From: an uncultured Clostridia bacterium
Lineage (GTDB): Bacteria; Bacillota; Clostridia; TANB77; CAG-508
Direction: 5' to 3'
Assembly: GCA_934122085.1 (NCBI GenBank)
Contig: CAKOVS010000003.1
Coordinates: 81,734 to 145,733 of the forward strand
Length of the DNA stretch: 64,000 bases
The notes beneath the pieces were generated by a model. It was not told the DNA's origin and did no database searches. It worked only from the letters and a program-made list of their open reading frames with translations. This document shows, piece by piece, positions 50,187 through 61,114 of this stretch. The stretch's first letter is position 1, and every line of letters begins with the position of its first letter. Both the position numbers and the translations under genes were made by a program.

Positions 50187-50543
50187 TTAGAAAGCAATTT
50201 TATAATTTATAATTATTAAAAAATATACCAATATTAAATTAACCACCAAAATTATAATTGGAAAAAGCACATCTGTTTTTTTATTATATATTTTTTTGTC
50301 GTACATTTTTCGTATATATATTATTGTTATACACACATTTACTATTAGAAATGGAATCATTCTATACATTGAACTTTTAAATATTTCAATTTCAGGAGAC
50401 AATCTTTCTTCTAAAGGAGGATATGTTGGCATACCATCTGTCCACATTGCAGTATTACCATATATTAAAAATTTCATACTGATATTAAATATTATAAGGA
50501 TTATCCCTGTTAAACAATTATATTTTATTTTATCTTTTTTCAT
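50187..50543 (-). CDS. Hypothetical small membrane protein (118 aa)
   Basis: Three predicted TM segments and an AAGGAAAAG RBS. Confidence 0.45.
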   Translation of the reverse strand: MKKDKIKYNCLTGIILIIFNISMKFLIYGNTAMWTDGMPTYPPLEERLSPEIEIFKSSMYRMIPFLIVNVCITIIYIRKMYDKKIYNKKTDVLFPIIILVVNLILVYFLIIINYKIAF

Positions 50544-50563
50544 CTTTATCTTTTCCTTAAATT

Positions 50564-50589
50564 TTTATTGGTGTTCCTAGGCGGACTCG
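50564..50589. repeat. 26-bp direct repeat duplicating the tRNA-Arg 3' end (tttattggtgttcctaggcggactcg); the second copy is at 50665-50690
   Basis: Exact 26/26 match, 101 bp apart. The first copy lacks the rest of the tRNA. Confidence 0.7.
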
Positions 50590-50669
50590 GCAAGCCACGT
50601 CGGGAAAATGGTCTACCAGACCATTTTCTGTTCCTCCTTTTCGAGTCCATTCTAGAAAAATATATTTAT

Positions 50670-50745
<76 letters not shown>

Positions 50746-50865
50746 ATTTCTTTTACATTATACTTCATTGCTTTTATTTTGTAAACCTTTTTTTGTCTCT
50801 TTATTGATTAATTGTGAAAAATGATTTATAATATTTAAGATTTATAAATTGTTCGGAGGTTTTAT

Positions 50866-51588
50866 ATGCAACATATTTTAAGTAAGATGAGAAAAGCCAT
50901 AGAAGACTATAATATGATAGATGAAGGAGATAAAATTGCTGTTTGTTTATCAGGTGGAAAAGATTCAATTACAATGTTAAATGGTTTAAAAGCTTTACAA
51001 AGATTTTATCCAAAACATTTTGATTTAATTGCTATCACAGTTAATCCAGGATTTGAAAATTTTAGTAAAGATATTCTTCAAAAAAATTGTGATGAACTTT
51101 GTGTTCCTCTTTTTATTGAAGATACTCAAATTAAAGAAATTGTTTTTAATGTTAGAAAAGAAAAAAATCCTTGCTCTTTATGTGCTAATTTGCGTAGGGG
51201 TATAATCAATTCAGTTGCCAAAAGAGAAGGATGTAACAAAATTGCTTTAGGTCACAATCTAGATGATGTAATTGAGACTTTTATAATGAATTTAAAATAT
51301 GCTGGAAATATTTCAACTTTTTCACCAAAAAGTTATATGGACAGAAGTGGTATTACAATGATTAGACCTTTGATTTTATTAACTGAAAAAGATACAAATC
51401 ACTTTGTAAAAAAATACAACAAACAAGTTATGCCTAAAGTTTGTCCAATGGATGAAAATACAAAAAGAGAAGATATAAAAGCTGAAATTTTTGCTTGGCA
51501 AAAAGAAATTCCTACAATTAAGGCTAATTTATTTGGTGCTATTTCTAGAAATATTGATGGTTGGAAAATGGATATAAAAAATGAGTGA
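50866..51588 (+). CDS. ttcA: PP-loop ATPase, tRNA 2-thiocytidine biosynthesis TtcA-like
   Basis: SGGKDS PP-loop and the conserved cysteines PCSLCANLRRG. Confidence 0.65.
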   Translation: MQHILSKMRKAIEDYNMIDEGDKIAVCLSGGKDSITMLNGLKALQRFYPKHFDLIAITVNPGFENFSKDILQKNCDELCVPLFIEDTQIKEIVFNVRKEKNPCSLCANLRRGIINSVAKREGCNKIALGHNLDDVIETFIMNLKYAGNISTFSPKSYMDRSGITMIRPLILLTEKDTNHFVKKYNKQVMPKVCPMDENTKREDIKAEIFAWQKEIPTIKANLFGAISRNIDGWKMDIKNE

Positions 51589-51607
51589 AAAATTGATCAC
51601 TCATTTT

Positions 51608-54600
51608 TTATTTTAGAAATAAATTATATTTTATTTTTTTCTCATAAAATATTTTCCAACCAATTATTATAGCGATTATTAATATGATTCCACAAATAGT
51701 TATTATATAATTTGGCATTGCCCATCCTGTAAATGGAAGAAAAGTTGGTTTTTCTTCTTTTTTATCTCCATTGTCTTTTGGATTTTCAATATTATTATTT
51801 TTGTCATCTTCTTTCGGCTTATCACTTGGTCTATCTGTTATATCATTTTTAGAGTCATCTTTTGGTTTATCACTTGGATCCTCTAATGTATCATCTTTTG
51901 AATCATCCTTTGATTCATCATTTGGTTTATTGTTTGGTTTGTCTGGTGTATCGTCTTTAGGTTCATTTATCTCTGGATCCTTTTTATCAATTTTTTTATT
52001 AAAAACTTCAATAATTTTTTCGATATTTATAATTTTCCCATCTTTTTCCTCATAGCTTTCATTATTTATTGAAAATTTTATTTCTTCATCTTTTTTCTCA
52101 TACCCATCTAATGTCTCAATTTCTCTAATAATATAATCTCCATAAGGAAGATTAATTATAGAAATCTTTCCATTTTCATTTGTTTCTAAATTTTCTTCTC
52201 CTTTCTCATTATCTATAAAATATTCATTTTCATCATTTTTCAATAATTTTATAGCATTTCCATTTGAATCTAATAATCTAAATTTTACATTTTTTAATGG
52301 TTCTCCTGTTTCCTCATCTAATTTCAAAATAGTAGCTTTGGCTTGCTCTCTCGGTGAATTTGTAAATACAATTTCAGCATTTTTTTCTTTATCATATCTT
52401 AATGTTACAACATTTCCATTTGTATGAATTCCATCTATACATATATCTGAAAGATACATTGATTTTGTTTGCTTTTCTTTTATAATATATGTCTTTCCAT
52501 TTTGTAAATCTCCATACTCTTTTTCATCATCAAAATATTTTAATTCTAACTCTATTGATTTTCCCGCTTCGATATCTACGGATTTAACCAAATCTTTTCC
52601 ATCATAAATTTCAAATTCATATGTTCCTGAACTATTATCTGATGTCTGTTTACTCAATTTTATTTTTGAAGAAATTTTTACTCCTACTTTTGGTGGCTCT
52701 GCTGTTAATTGAGATTCACCAACATAATATCTATATCCAAATGAATTCCATGCAATTTGTGTTGGTTGAGCATTTTCTGATAGTTTTCCATCAAATTTTA
52801 CTGTTAAATTATAATTTTTTGGTAAAACTGCTCCATTTATAAATATTATTCTAAATGATCTTGTTGTTTCTTTTGGTATATCATACCATTTTTGATTTTC
52901 TACACCATCCCAATCATTATTTGTATATTGAATTTCATCAGTATATTCTATTTTATAATTATCAAAAGATGTCTCTATTAAATTACCATTTTCATCTTTC
53001 ATTATTAATTCAAAGTTTGGATTTTCTGATAATTTTATATCAAATTCTGAATTTCTACTTTCATTTAAATTGACAGTACCTGAATCACCTACAAATGGTA
53101 GCTTATCAATTATAACTAATTTTTCAAAATTTTTTTCTGATTTATTTGAAACATTTAGACTATATCTTACAAAATTCTTTTTTGAATTTATTGATATATA
53201 ATTGTAATTTCCATTTTTATAATCATCTTCTTTTCCATAATAACTATATCCGTAATTTGAATCATTACCTTTTTCTTGTATTCTTTGGTATGATGCAGAT
53301 ATATGTTTATCTGTACCGAATTGATATTCTGGATTTTTTACATTTACTTGAACTGGATTGCAATAACTATCTGTTTTTATTTCAAATTCAATTTTATCTT
53401 CAATTGGTGTATATCCACTTGGTGCCACGATTTCTTTTAAATAATACTTTCCAATTGGTAAATTTGATATATTTATCTTTCCATTTAATGTAGTAAGTCT
53501 TGTATGTGTATTTTCACTATTATCTTCAGATAAATAATATTCTCTTGCTGTATTTTCTTCATTTTCATTATAAACTAATTTTATTTCTTCATCTTGTTCA
53601 TTATATAATTTAAATACAACAGCATTGCTTTCTATTAATTCTCCATCTAAATTTGTTTTTTGTATACTTACATTTCCTCTGTCTTTTCCATTTTGAACTG
53701 TATATTGATATTCTTTATTTTCTGCAATATTCATTATTGTTTCTTCGCTACTTGCTACATATCCTTCTGGTGCTTCTATTTCTTTTAATGTATAATTTTT
53801 TCCGACTGTTATTCCTTTTAATCTAATTTTTCCATTATAAGTTTCAATAATTGTTGTAGCATTTTCATTTGTATCATCTGTTATTTTATAAACAGAATAA
53901 TCTTCTGTATTATCCTTTTTTTCAAAATAAACTTTATTTCCGTTTTCGTCATATACTTCAAATTTTGCACCATCTTCTGTTATTAAATTATTTTCATAAT
54001 CTATTTTGCTAATTATTATATTGTTATTACTGATTGAATTATTCTTGTAATTAAGTATATAATTTGGACTGGTTTTATAAATATATATTGAATTTTCTTT
54101 AGTACTTATTTCATATCCTTCTGGAGCTTCTATTTCACTTATATAATATCTTTGTTCTAAATCAAGTCCTGAAACATTTATTTTTCCTTTATAAGTAGAT
54201 AATTCCTCTACTTTTTCTTCATCTGAATCTTCTTCTGTTGCCATCCTATAATGACTTCCTTCATCATCTTGAATATTTAAATCAATAAATTTATAATTTT
54301 CCATCTTATTCCAACTTATATACTTTTGTACTTTAAACTTAGCTTTTCCTTCAGTTATTAATTCGTTTGTAACTGAATCTATTTTATTTATTTCAAGAGT
54401 CCCTTTTTCATTTATAATATTATCTCTTACTTCTACATTTATTATATTATTATTATCTACATCTTCATTTGTAATAGAAAATTCAATTAGCTCAGGATTT
54501 ATTTCATAATTATTTGGTGCTTGTACTTCTTGTACATAATATGTACCAACTGGTAATTTATAAATAGTTAAACTATCTCCTGTTATAATTTCTTCTACCG

Positions 54601-57600
54601 TATTTTCATCATTCTGTTCAGCATATTCATATTCATTATTTCTCCAAGAATATTTTTTCTTAAAATTAATTTCATTTTTATTTTCATCAAGAATTCTATA
54701 TGTTACATTCGTATTATTAAATGAAATATATTTACCTTCGCTATCTCTTTTATTAATTTTTACTGTTGTATCTGTATAATTTTGAACTTTTACTACTACT
54801 GGAGAGATATCCTCTGTTATTGTCGTATTTTCATCCAAATTTGATATTAAATCATATTTATATCCCATTATATTTCCATATTCCAGTGCTTTTTTATCTT
54901 CTCTAGTATTGGCTGTATATTTTATGAATAACATATCTCCATTTTCTAATTGTACATTTTCATTGAATTTTACTCTAAAAGCTCTCATATCTTTTGTATA
55001 TTCATCTTGCCATATATTTTCATCTTGTGCTTCATTAAAATTAACATTATATTTTGTATCATTTACCCCTTGTGTATATTCTAACCTGTTTGTTGTTCTA
55101 AGTGAATTTAATGTGTATTTTATATTATAATTATCTCTAACAATTTCTTCTTTATTTCCATTTGTTTTTAAAATATATACTGACAAACTATCAGGATTTA
55201 ATACATATCCACCTCCAACATCTGTATCATTTTCTTTATCACCATTTATACCTGGTAAAAGATCATAGATTTCTATATTTTTTATCTTACCTCTTGTGTA
55301 TTTTTCATCCTGATACAAATGTGATTCTAATTTTAATGTAAAATCTAATTCATTTTCTTTATTTATACTTATATTATATTTCTCTTCTTTTTTAGAATTT
55401 ACCTCTCTTAAAGTTCCTTTATCTATATATTTTACAGCATCAATTTTATTATTTGAAATCCAATCATCACTTTTTATGCCAGAATACCCGTTAATATTTG
55501 AATCTACTTGTGGTATTTTAAATTCCCATTCTTCTTCTTTTTCATCTTGATCAATCTTCATTATTGTTGTATCATAAAAATCTCCTATTGTTTTTTCTTG
55601 CATTTCTGTAGCAAAATATATCTCTACTCTATAACCTAGAATTATTTTATTATATTGCAAGTTATAATTTATTTCATATACATTTCTTTCTTTATCTCCT
55701 TCATTTTTAACAGTTGTCGCATTGGAATTCATTCCTCCTCCAATACTTAATGATTGTCCATTCATGTCAAAATATTTAAATCCTACCATTTTTAATTCAA
55801 ATGGTTTATCTATAATTTCGTATATAGTAGATGGTGATATTCCACATTCTCCATCATTTGTTATAGTTACTTTCCAAATAACACTATCATAATTATTATC
55901 TAAATTATGTACCCCATCATTAGAATTTATAGAATCTCCATATATTTTAGTATTAAAAATACTTTCATCAAATGTTGAATTCCCATTTTCTTTGTTATTT
56001 TTATCATATGCAAAAATTGCTTGTTTTTTTATCTGTGCTGATTTTATTATGCTTGGTTCAATTTTTACTGCAGACCAAACTGAATTATTTAAACTATCTG
56101 AATATGGCCTAGCTATATTTTTTTCTGAATCATATGAAATTTTTGAGCTATAACACTTTCCATCATTTACTTTTTTTGCTCCATTTGATGTGTATTTTCC
56201 AAAAAATCCAACAGTTTCATATGAATCTGATTTAATAATATCATTTGCTGTATGTATTACCCATTTAACATAATTTGTACTATTAACTGTTGAATTTTTA
56301 TAGTAATCTTCTGAACAATTCGAATTTGCTTGACAACTATATATAATATAGCAACCTTGCCCTGGTTTTAATATTCCATTAGCACCAATAGAAAACTCTC
56401 CATAATATCCACTCGAACATGACCAATAAATATCACCGTTTTCATTTAAATAATTAGAATAATATGAATTCATTTGATATCTATTATAATCATTTCTATA
56501 TGGAGAAGTTGCTCTAAAATCGTTTACATATATTGCCTCATAATTTGAGGAATTTCTATTAAATCTTGTATATGTTAATGGTGAAGATATTCTTGTTGCT
56601 GGCCCATTTCTGGTTTTATTCGTCTCATGACTTTCAAGAGTATTAAATCCCAAAAACTTAAATCCATATGGTATCCTCAAAACAATTGTTGAATCAGACA
56701 TATCCAAATCATTTATTGAATCATTAATAAAATATGCATAATATGTTATAATTTCATTATCACTTACTGCAAACTTTGAAAGATCAGTATTATACATATC
56801 TATCATTGCATTTCCATCCATCATATCTTGATAAGTATTTCTTGCCAACACTCCTGTTTGAACATAATATCTAGTTTCTACCTTATGATATACTAAAGCA
56901 TTTATTTCTGGATGATCATACACATATATATAATTATATGGTATTTTATAATTAGGTTTATTATTAGGATTATTCATATATCCTGAATTATATCTTACTG
57001 CATCTAAAAATGCATCATAACTATAATTATATTCTTCTCCATTTTGCACAGCTTTTGGCACAACTAAGATATATGTTTGTTTTAACTCACTATTTGCAGG
57101 AATTTCAACTTCACAATATATTGAAGCACCAATTGGACCTCTATCTTCTATATTTTTACTGTTAGATGCAAAACCATTATATTGATTTGTCATATATTTA
57201 TAATCATCTACATAATGATATGAGTTCTTAGTATATCCAATCATTCCAAATTTCATTGTATTTCCACAAAAATTTCCTGGATAATAAAAATCTAATCTAG
57301 ATGATGAATTAGCCATCGGAGAAATATCCATAAGACCTACTATTTTACTTTCAGATGTATTATTAGTTAATGTTACAGTATATTCAATAATATCTCCATC
57401 ACTAATTAAATTCAACTCATCTCCCTCTGTAATTTTTTTAGAACTATTATAATTTAAGTAATTAGCATATCTTGAAGTTATTTTCTTCTCTAAAGAAATA
57501 TCCTCTATTTCTATCATTGTAGAAGCTGAAGAAGTTAAATCTCCAAATTTAACAGTATTAGTAATTGTTTTTGCCTTTTTTGTATCAACTATACAATTCA

Positions 57601-58999
57601 ATAATAATTCTATAGTCTCTTCTCCACCAATTTCAATCTCTTTTGAAATTATATATGGTTCGTTCTCAGAAACTGAATATCCATTTTTTTTCAATTCCTC
57701 TATACATGTATCTGTTAACGTTACTTCTACTGGTAAATTATCAGTAAAAGTTTTTGTTATAGCAAATCTACTATTATTTTTCATTGTTATTGTGTAAATA
57801 ATATCTTTATTCTTTGAATTTACTTTTGTTTTGTTAACTTTTTTACTAATAGAAAGTTCTTCTTTATCTTCAGCAATAGTAATATCTTTTTCTGCATTAA
57901 GGACAATCTCACTTGTAGTCTTATTTGCAGGATACATTGTTGCTTCTATAATATTTGAAATTTTATCATTTCCATTTGATACATATCCTTGAGCTATATT
58001 TAATTTATCGGAATATAATGTTGTTGTAATATCAGAAAACGGATTAAAATTGCCATTTACTTTTCCATTTTCAATATTAGGATTTAATATTATAATTTCA
58101 AATATAATATTCTTTCCTTCTGCCTTAATATCACTAATATTATATCTGCCAATATAACTTTCTGGCATATTAATACTAAATAATAACTCATCATTAGAAT
58201 AAATATTATTTCCATTATATGTAATATTATCTGGTAAAGAAATACAATCTGGCAATGTTAATGTATCTTTTACTTTTACAGAATAAGTATATATACATCC
58301 AACATCTAAGCTAAAATTTTCAGCTGAAAAATTATATTCTATATTTTTAGATAATTTATTTTCAGTATTAATTTTTACAGAATCTATATTAGCTCCTTTT
58401 ATTAAATTACTCCAATTAAATTGTGCAACCCATTTAACACTCAATTCTTCATCTATTTTATTATTACTAGATTTTCCTCTTTCATCAACTCTTTCCGGTT
58501 TCAAAACAATTGTTTCTTCTTCATTACACATACCATTTGGGACAAGCATTTGTAATTCAATCTGCGTAGTAGTTCCTGGTGATAAACTATAATCCAAATA
58601 ATAATCTGATATTTTTCCATTTTCATCTAATTCTTTTTTCAATTCCACTGTTACTGTTTCTTGATGTTCACCATTAGATTGAAATATCATTTTATTATCA
58701 ATCATTCCAAGAATTTGTCCATTTGTATTTGGATTACCATTTTCATCTGTTATATGAACTTTTATGTGAGCATTTTCCTTAGCATTTGGAGTAGAGTATG
58801 AATTCTTTATAGTTATTTTATGTTCCTCACCTGCTTTTACAATTTCTTTTTCACTCTTTAGCCTTATTAAGACTTCATAATTAACAATTTCATCACCAAT
58901 CTCACTAGCAATAGACATTACATTCGTCGTAGTAAGTAATAAAATTATTAACATAATCGTTACAAAAGTTTTTTTCAAACATCCCTTCATAATAATCAC
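51608..58999 (-). CDS. Giant LPXTG-anchored cell-wall surface protein / adhesin (2463 aa) with repeated SpaA/CnaB-like Ig-fold domains and an acidic D/K/P-rich stalk
   Basis: N-terminal signal peptide. Repeated modules of the GKINVSGLDLEQRYYISEIEAPEGYEIS / GKIRLKGITVGKNYTLKEIEAPEGY type. The C-terminal LPFTG sorting motif is followed by a hydrophobic segment and a basic tail. Confidence 0.75.
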   Translation of the reverse strand: MIIMKGCLKKTFVTIMLIILLLTTTNVMSIASEIGDEIVNYEVLIRLKSEKEIVKAGEEHKITIKNSYSTPNAKENAHIKVHITDENGNPNTNGQILGMIDNKMIFQSNGEHQETVTVELKKELDENGKISDYYLDYSLSPGTTTQIELQMLVPNGMCNEEETIVLKPERVDERGKSSNNKIDEELSVKWVAQFNWSNLIKGANIDSVKINTENKLSKNIEYNFSAENFSLDVGCIYTYSVKVKDTLTLPDCISLPDNITYNGNNIYSNDELLFSINMPESYIGRYNISDIKAEGKNIIFEIIILNPNIENGKVNGNFNPFSDITTTLYSDKLNIAQGYVSNGNDKISNIIEATMYPANKTTSEIVLNAEKDITIAEDKEELSISKKVNKTKVNSKNKDIIYTITMKNNSRFAITKTFTDNLPVEVTLTDTCIEELKKNGYSVSENEPYIISKEIEIGGEETIELLLNCIVDTKKAKTITNTVKFGDLTSSASTMIEIEDISLEKKITSRYANYLNYNSSKKITEGDELNLISDGDIIEYTVTLTNNTSESKIVGLMDISPMANSSSRLDFYYPGNFCGNTMKFGMIGYTKNSYHYVDDYKYMTNQYNGFASNSKNIEDRGPIGASIYCEVEIPANSELKQTYILVVPKAVQNGEEYNYSYDAFLDAVRYNSGYMNNPNNKPNYKIPYNYIYVYDHPEINALVYHKVETRYYVQTGVLARNTYQDMMDGNAMIDMYNTDLSKFAVSDNEIITYYAYFINDSINDLDMSDSTIVLRIPYGFKFLGFNTLESHETNKTRNGPATRISSPLTYTRFNRNSSNYEAIYVNDFRATSPYRNDYNRYQMNSYYSNYLNENGDIYWSCSSGYYGEFSIGANGILKPGQGCYIIYSCQANSNCSEDYYKNSTVNSTNYVKWVIHTANDIIKSDSYETVGFFGKYTSNGAKKVNDGKCYSSKISYDSEKNIARPYSDSLNNSVWSAVKIEPSIIKSAQIKKQAIFAYDKNNKENGNSTFDESIFNTKIYGDSINSNDGVHNLDNNYDSVIWKVTITNDGECGISPSTIYEIIDKPFELKMVGFKYFDMNGQSLSIGGGMNSNATTVKNEGDKERNVYEINYNLQYNKIILGYRVEIYFATEMQEKTIGDFYDTTIMKIDQDEKEEEWEFKIPQVDSNINGYSGIKSDDWISNNKIDAVKYIDKGTLREVNSKKEEKYNISINKENELDFTLKLESHLYQDEKYTRGKIKNIEIYDLLPGINGDKENDTDVGGGYVLNPDSLSVYILKTNGNKEEIVRDNYNIKYTLNSLRTTNRLEYTQGVNDTKYNVNFNEAQDENIWQDEYTKDMRAFRVKFNENVQLENGDMLFIKYTANTREDKKALEYGNIMGYKYDLISNLDENTTITEDISPVVVKVQNYTDTTVKINKRDSEGKYISFNNTNVTYRILDENKNEINFKKKYSWRNNEYEYAEQNDENTVEEIITGDSLTIYKLPVGTYYVQEVQAPNNYEINPELIEFSITNEDVDNNNIINVEVRDNIINEKGTLEINKIDSVTNELITEGKAKFKVQKYISWNKMENYKFIDLNIQDDEGSHYRMATEEDSDEEKVEELSTYKGKINVSGLDLEQRYYISEIEAPEGYEISTKENSIYIYKTSPNYILNYKNNSISNNNIIISKIDYENNLITEDGAKFEVYDENGNKVYFEKKDNTEDYSVYKITDDTNENATTIIETYNGKIRLKGITVGKNYTLKEIEAPEGYVASSEETIMNIAENKEYQYTVQNGKDRGNVSIQKTNLDGELIESNAVVFKLYNEQDEEIKLVYNENEENTAREYYLSEDNSENTHTRLTTLNGKINISNLPIGKYYLKEIVAPSGYTPIEDKIEFEIKTDSYCNPVQVNVKNPEYQFGTDKHISASYQRIQEKGNDSNYGYSYYGKEDDYKNGNYNYISINSKKNFVRYSLNVSNKSEKNFEKLVIIDKLPFVGDSGTVNLNESRNSEFDIKLSENPNFELIMKDENGNLIETSFDNYKIEYTDEIQYTNNDWDGVENQKWYDIPKETTRSFRIIFINGAVLPKNYNLTVKFDGKLSENAQPTQIAWNSFGYRYYVGESQLTAEPPKVGVKISSKIKLSKQTSDNSSGTYEFEIYDGKDLVKSVDIEAGKSIELELKYFDDEKEYGDLQNGKTYIIKEKQTKSMYLSDICIDGIHTNGNVVTLRYDKEKNAEIVFTNSPREQAKATILKLDEETGEPLKNVKFRLLDSNGNAIKLLKNDENEYFIDNEKGEENLETNENGKISIINLPYGDYIIREIETLDGYEKKDEEIKFSINNESYEEKDGKIINIEKIIEVFNKKIDKKDPEINEPKDDTPDKPNNKPNDESKDDSKDDTLEDPSDKPKDDSKNDITDRPSDKPKEDDKNNNIENPKDNGDKKEEKPTFLPFTGWAMPNYIITICGIILIIAIIIGWKIFYEKKIKYNLFLK

Positions 59000-59143
59000 C
59001 TCAAAATTATTTTATTTCTATTTTACTATATATAATATAGATATTACTGTCAAGATACCGATTTTATCATGTTTAGCTTTCTCTTTAGGGATATTCATTT
59101 TATAGATTTTTTTACATTTATATTACATTTTTATAATAAAAAA

Positions 59144-59253
59144 GCGAGTCTAAGATTTTCTATCAAATAGAAATTTTAAGAAAATCTAAGACTCGCCATA
59201 TTTATCTAGCACAGAAAGTTCTCCTACAAGGAGAACTTTCCTAATATATAAAA
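59144..59253. repeat. Copy B of the repeated two-hairpin intergenic element (downstream of pgcA)
   Basis: Perfect 17-bp hairpin gcgagtctaagattttc...gaaaatctaagactcgc after an A-run (terminator in the minus sense). Perfect 11-bp hairpin gaaagttctcc-tacaa-ggagaactttc followed by ctaatatataaaaaat. Confidence 0.5.
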
Positions 59254-59305
59254 AATTCTTATCAATGTCAGAACACATCTGATATTAATAAGAATTCTTA
59301 ATAAA

Positions 59306-61054
59306 TTATTTTACTAATTTTACCATTGCATCTTTTAATTCTTCTAAGTCTTTTTCTGCAGATTCCATACTATCTGCTTTTACACCCATATACAATTTTA
59401 TTTTTGGTTCTGTTCCAGAAGGTCTTACACAACACCAAGCATTGTTTTCTAATTCATAATATAAAACATTTGATTTTGGTAATCCTGTTTTTCTTTGTTC
59501 TCCTGTCACTAAGTTTTTAATTTCATCAAGTTCAACATCTTTAAATTCAATTACTTTATATTTTCCTATCTTTTCTGGTAAATTATTTCTCATATTTGTC
59601 ATCATAGACTTTATTTTTTCAGCTCCATCAGCACCTTCTAATACTATTGAAACTTGATCTTCTTTATAGAATCCATATTTTTCATAAATTTTCATCATTT
59701 GATCCCATAAAGTCATTCCTTTTGATTTATAGTATGCAGCAGCCTCGCACAATGACATTACTGCAGAAATACCATCTTTATCTCTTGCATAATCTCCAAT
59801 TAAGCATCCATAACTTTCTTCAAATCCAAACACATAAGTTTTATCTTTCTTTTCTTCTGCTTTTTTTATAACTGCTCCTATATTTTTAAATCCTGTTAAA
59901 ACTTCAATACACTCTAATCCGTAGTTTTTTGCAATTGCTTTAGCTAGTTCAGATGATACAATTGTAGTTATAAACATTCCATCTGCTGGTAATAATCCTT
60001 TTTCTTTCATTTGAGAAATTCTATATTCTGCAATCAATAATGCTGACATATTTCCTGTATATGTCATATATTCTCCTGTTTTAGTATCTTTAGCATATAT
60101 TCCAAGTCTATCAGCATCAGGATCATTTGCAAGAACAACATCAGCATCTACTTTTTTAGCTAACTCTAATGCTAATTTAAATGCTTTTTTGTTTTCAGGG
60201 TTAGGGTAATCTACTGTTGGGAAATTTCCATCTGGTTTTTCTTGTTCTGGAACTACATATACATTTTCAAATCCTAATTCTTTTAATAATCTTGATGTTA
60301 CTGTATTTCCAGTTCCATGTAATGGTGTATAAACTATTTTTAGCTTTTTTCCTTCTTCTTTTACAATTTCAGGATTTAATACTAAACTTTTTAAAGTATT
60401 TATATATTTATCATCCATTTCTGTTCCAACAACATTAAATAATCCTTTATTTACAGCTTCTTCTTTGCTTATAGTTTTTATTTCTTTAAAATCTGAAATA
60501 GCTCTTACTTTTGCTATTATATCTTTATCTCTTGGTGCAACAATTTGTGAACCATCATCCCAGTAAACCTTATATCCGTTGTATTTTGGAGGATTATGAC
60601 TTGCTGTTATCATTATTCCAGCTGTACATCCCAATTGTCTTACAGCAAATGATAATTCTGGAACTGGTCTTAATTTTTCAAATAAATATGTTTTTATTCC
60701 ATTTGCATTTAAAATTAAAGCTGTTTGTAAACTAAATTCATCTGACATTCTTCTTGAGTCATAACTAATTGCAACACCTTTGTCTTGTGTTCCTTGTTCT
60801 ATTATGTAATTAGCTAATCCTTGTGTTGCTTTTCCAACTGTATATTTATTCATTCTGTTTGTTCCCATTCCTATTACACCACGTAAACCTGCTGTACCAA
60901 ATTCAAGTTCTTTATAAAATCTATCTTTTATTTCCTCATCATTTCCCTTTATCTCTAGTAATTCTTTTTTTGTTTCTTCATCAAATGCTGGTTCTGTACA
61001 CCATCTTTCATATTCTTTTAAATAATCCATTTTTTCTTTCCCTTTCTTTATCAA
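59306..61054 (-). CDS. pgcA: Alpha-phosphoglucomutase / phosphomannomutase (PgcA-like phosphohexomutase)
   Basis: Active-site TASHNPPKYNGYKV and a roughly 580-aa PgcA-like architecture. Confidence 0.8.
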   Translation of the reverse strand: MIKKGKEKMDYLKEYERWCTEPAFDEETKKELLEIKGNDEEIKDRFYKELEFGTAGLRGVIGMGTNRMNKYTVGKATQGLANYIIEQGTQDKGVAISYDSRRMSDEFSLQTALILNANGIKTYLFEKLRPVPELSFAVRQLGCTAGIMITASHNPPKYNGYKVYWDDGSQIVAPRDKDIIAKVRAISDFKEIKTISKEEAVNKGLFNVVGTEMDDKYINTLKSLVLNPEIVKEEGKKLKIVYTPLHGTGNTVTSRLLKELGFENVYVVPEQEKPDGNFPTVDYPNPENKKAFKLALELAKKVDADVVLANDPDADRLGIYAKDTKTGEYMTYTGNMSALLIAEYRISQMKEKGLLPADGMFITTIVSSELAKAIAKNYGLECIEVLTGFKNIGAVIKKAEEKKDKTYVFGFEESYGCLIGDYARDKDGISAVMSLCEAAAYYKSKGMTLWDQMMKIYEKYGFYKEDQVSIVLEGADGAEKIKSMMTNMRNNLPEKIGKYKVIEFKDVELDEIKNLVTGEQRKTGLPKSNVLYYELENNAWCCVRPSGTEPKIKLYMGVKADSMESAEKDLEELKDAMVKLVK

Positions 61055-61114
61055 TATTTATTTTATTTTTTAATATAAAAGGCTACTGTTTCTAAGCAGT
61101 AGCCTTTTTATATA

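Noticed and set aside
52621-55130. Several 70-115-aa plus-strand ORFs (e.g. 52621-52842, 53146-53493, 54909-55130)
   Set aside because: All lie antisense inside the 7.4-kb adhesin gene and are Leu/Phe/Ile-rich, as expected from AT-rich antisense frames.
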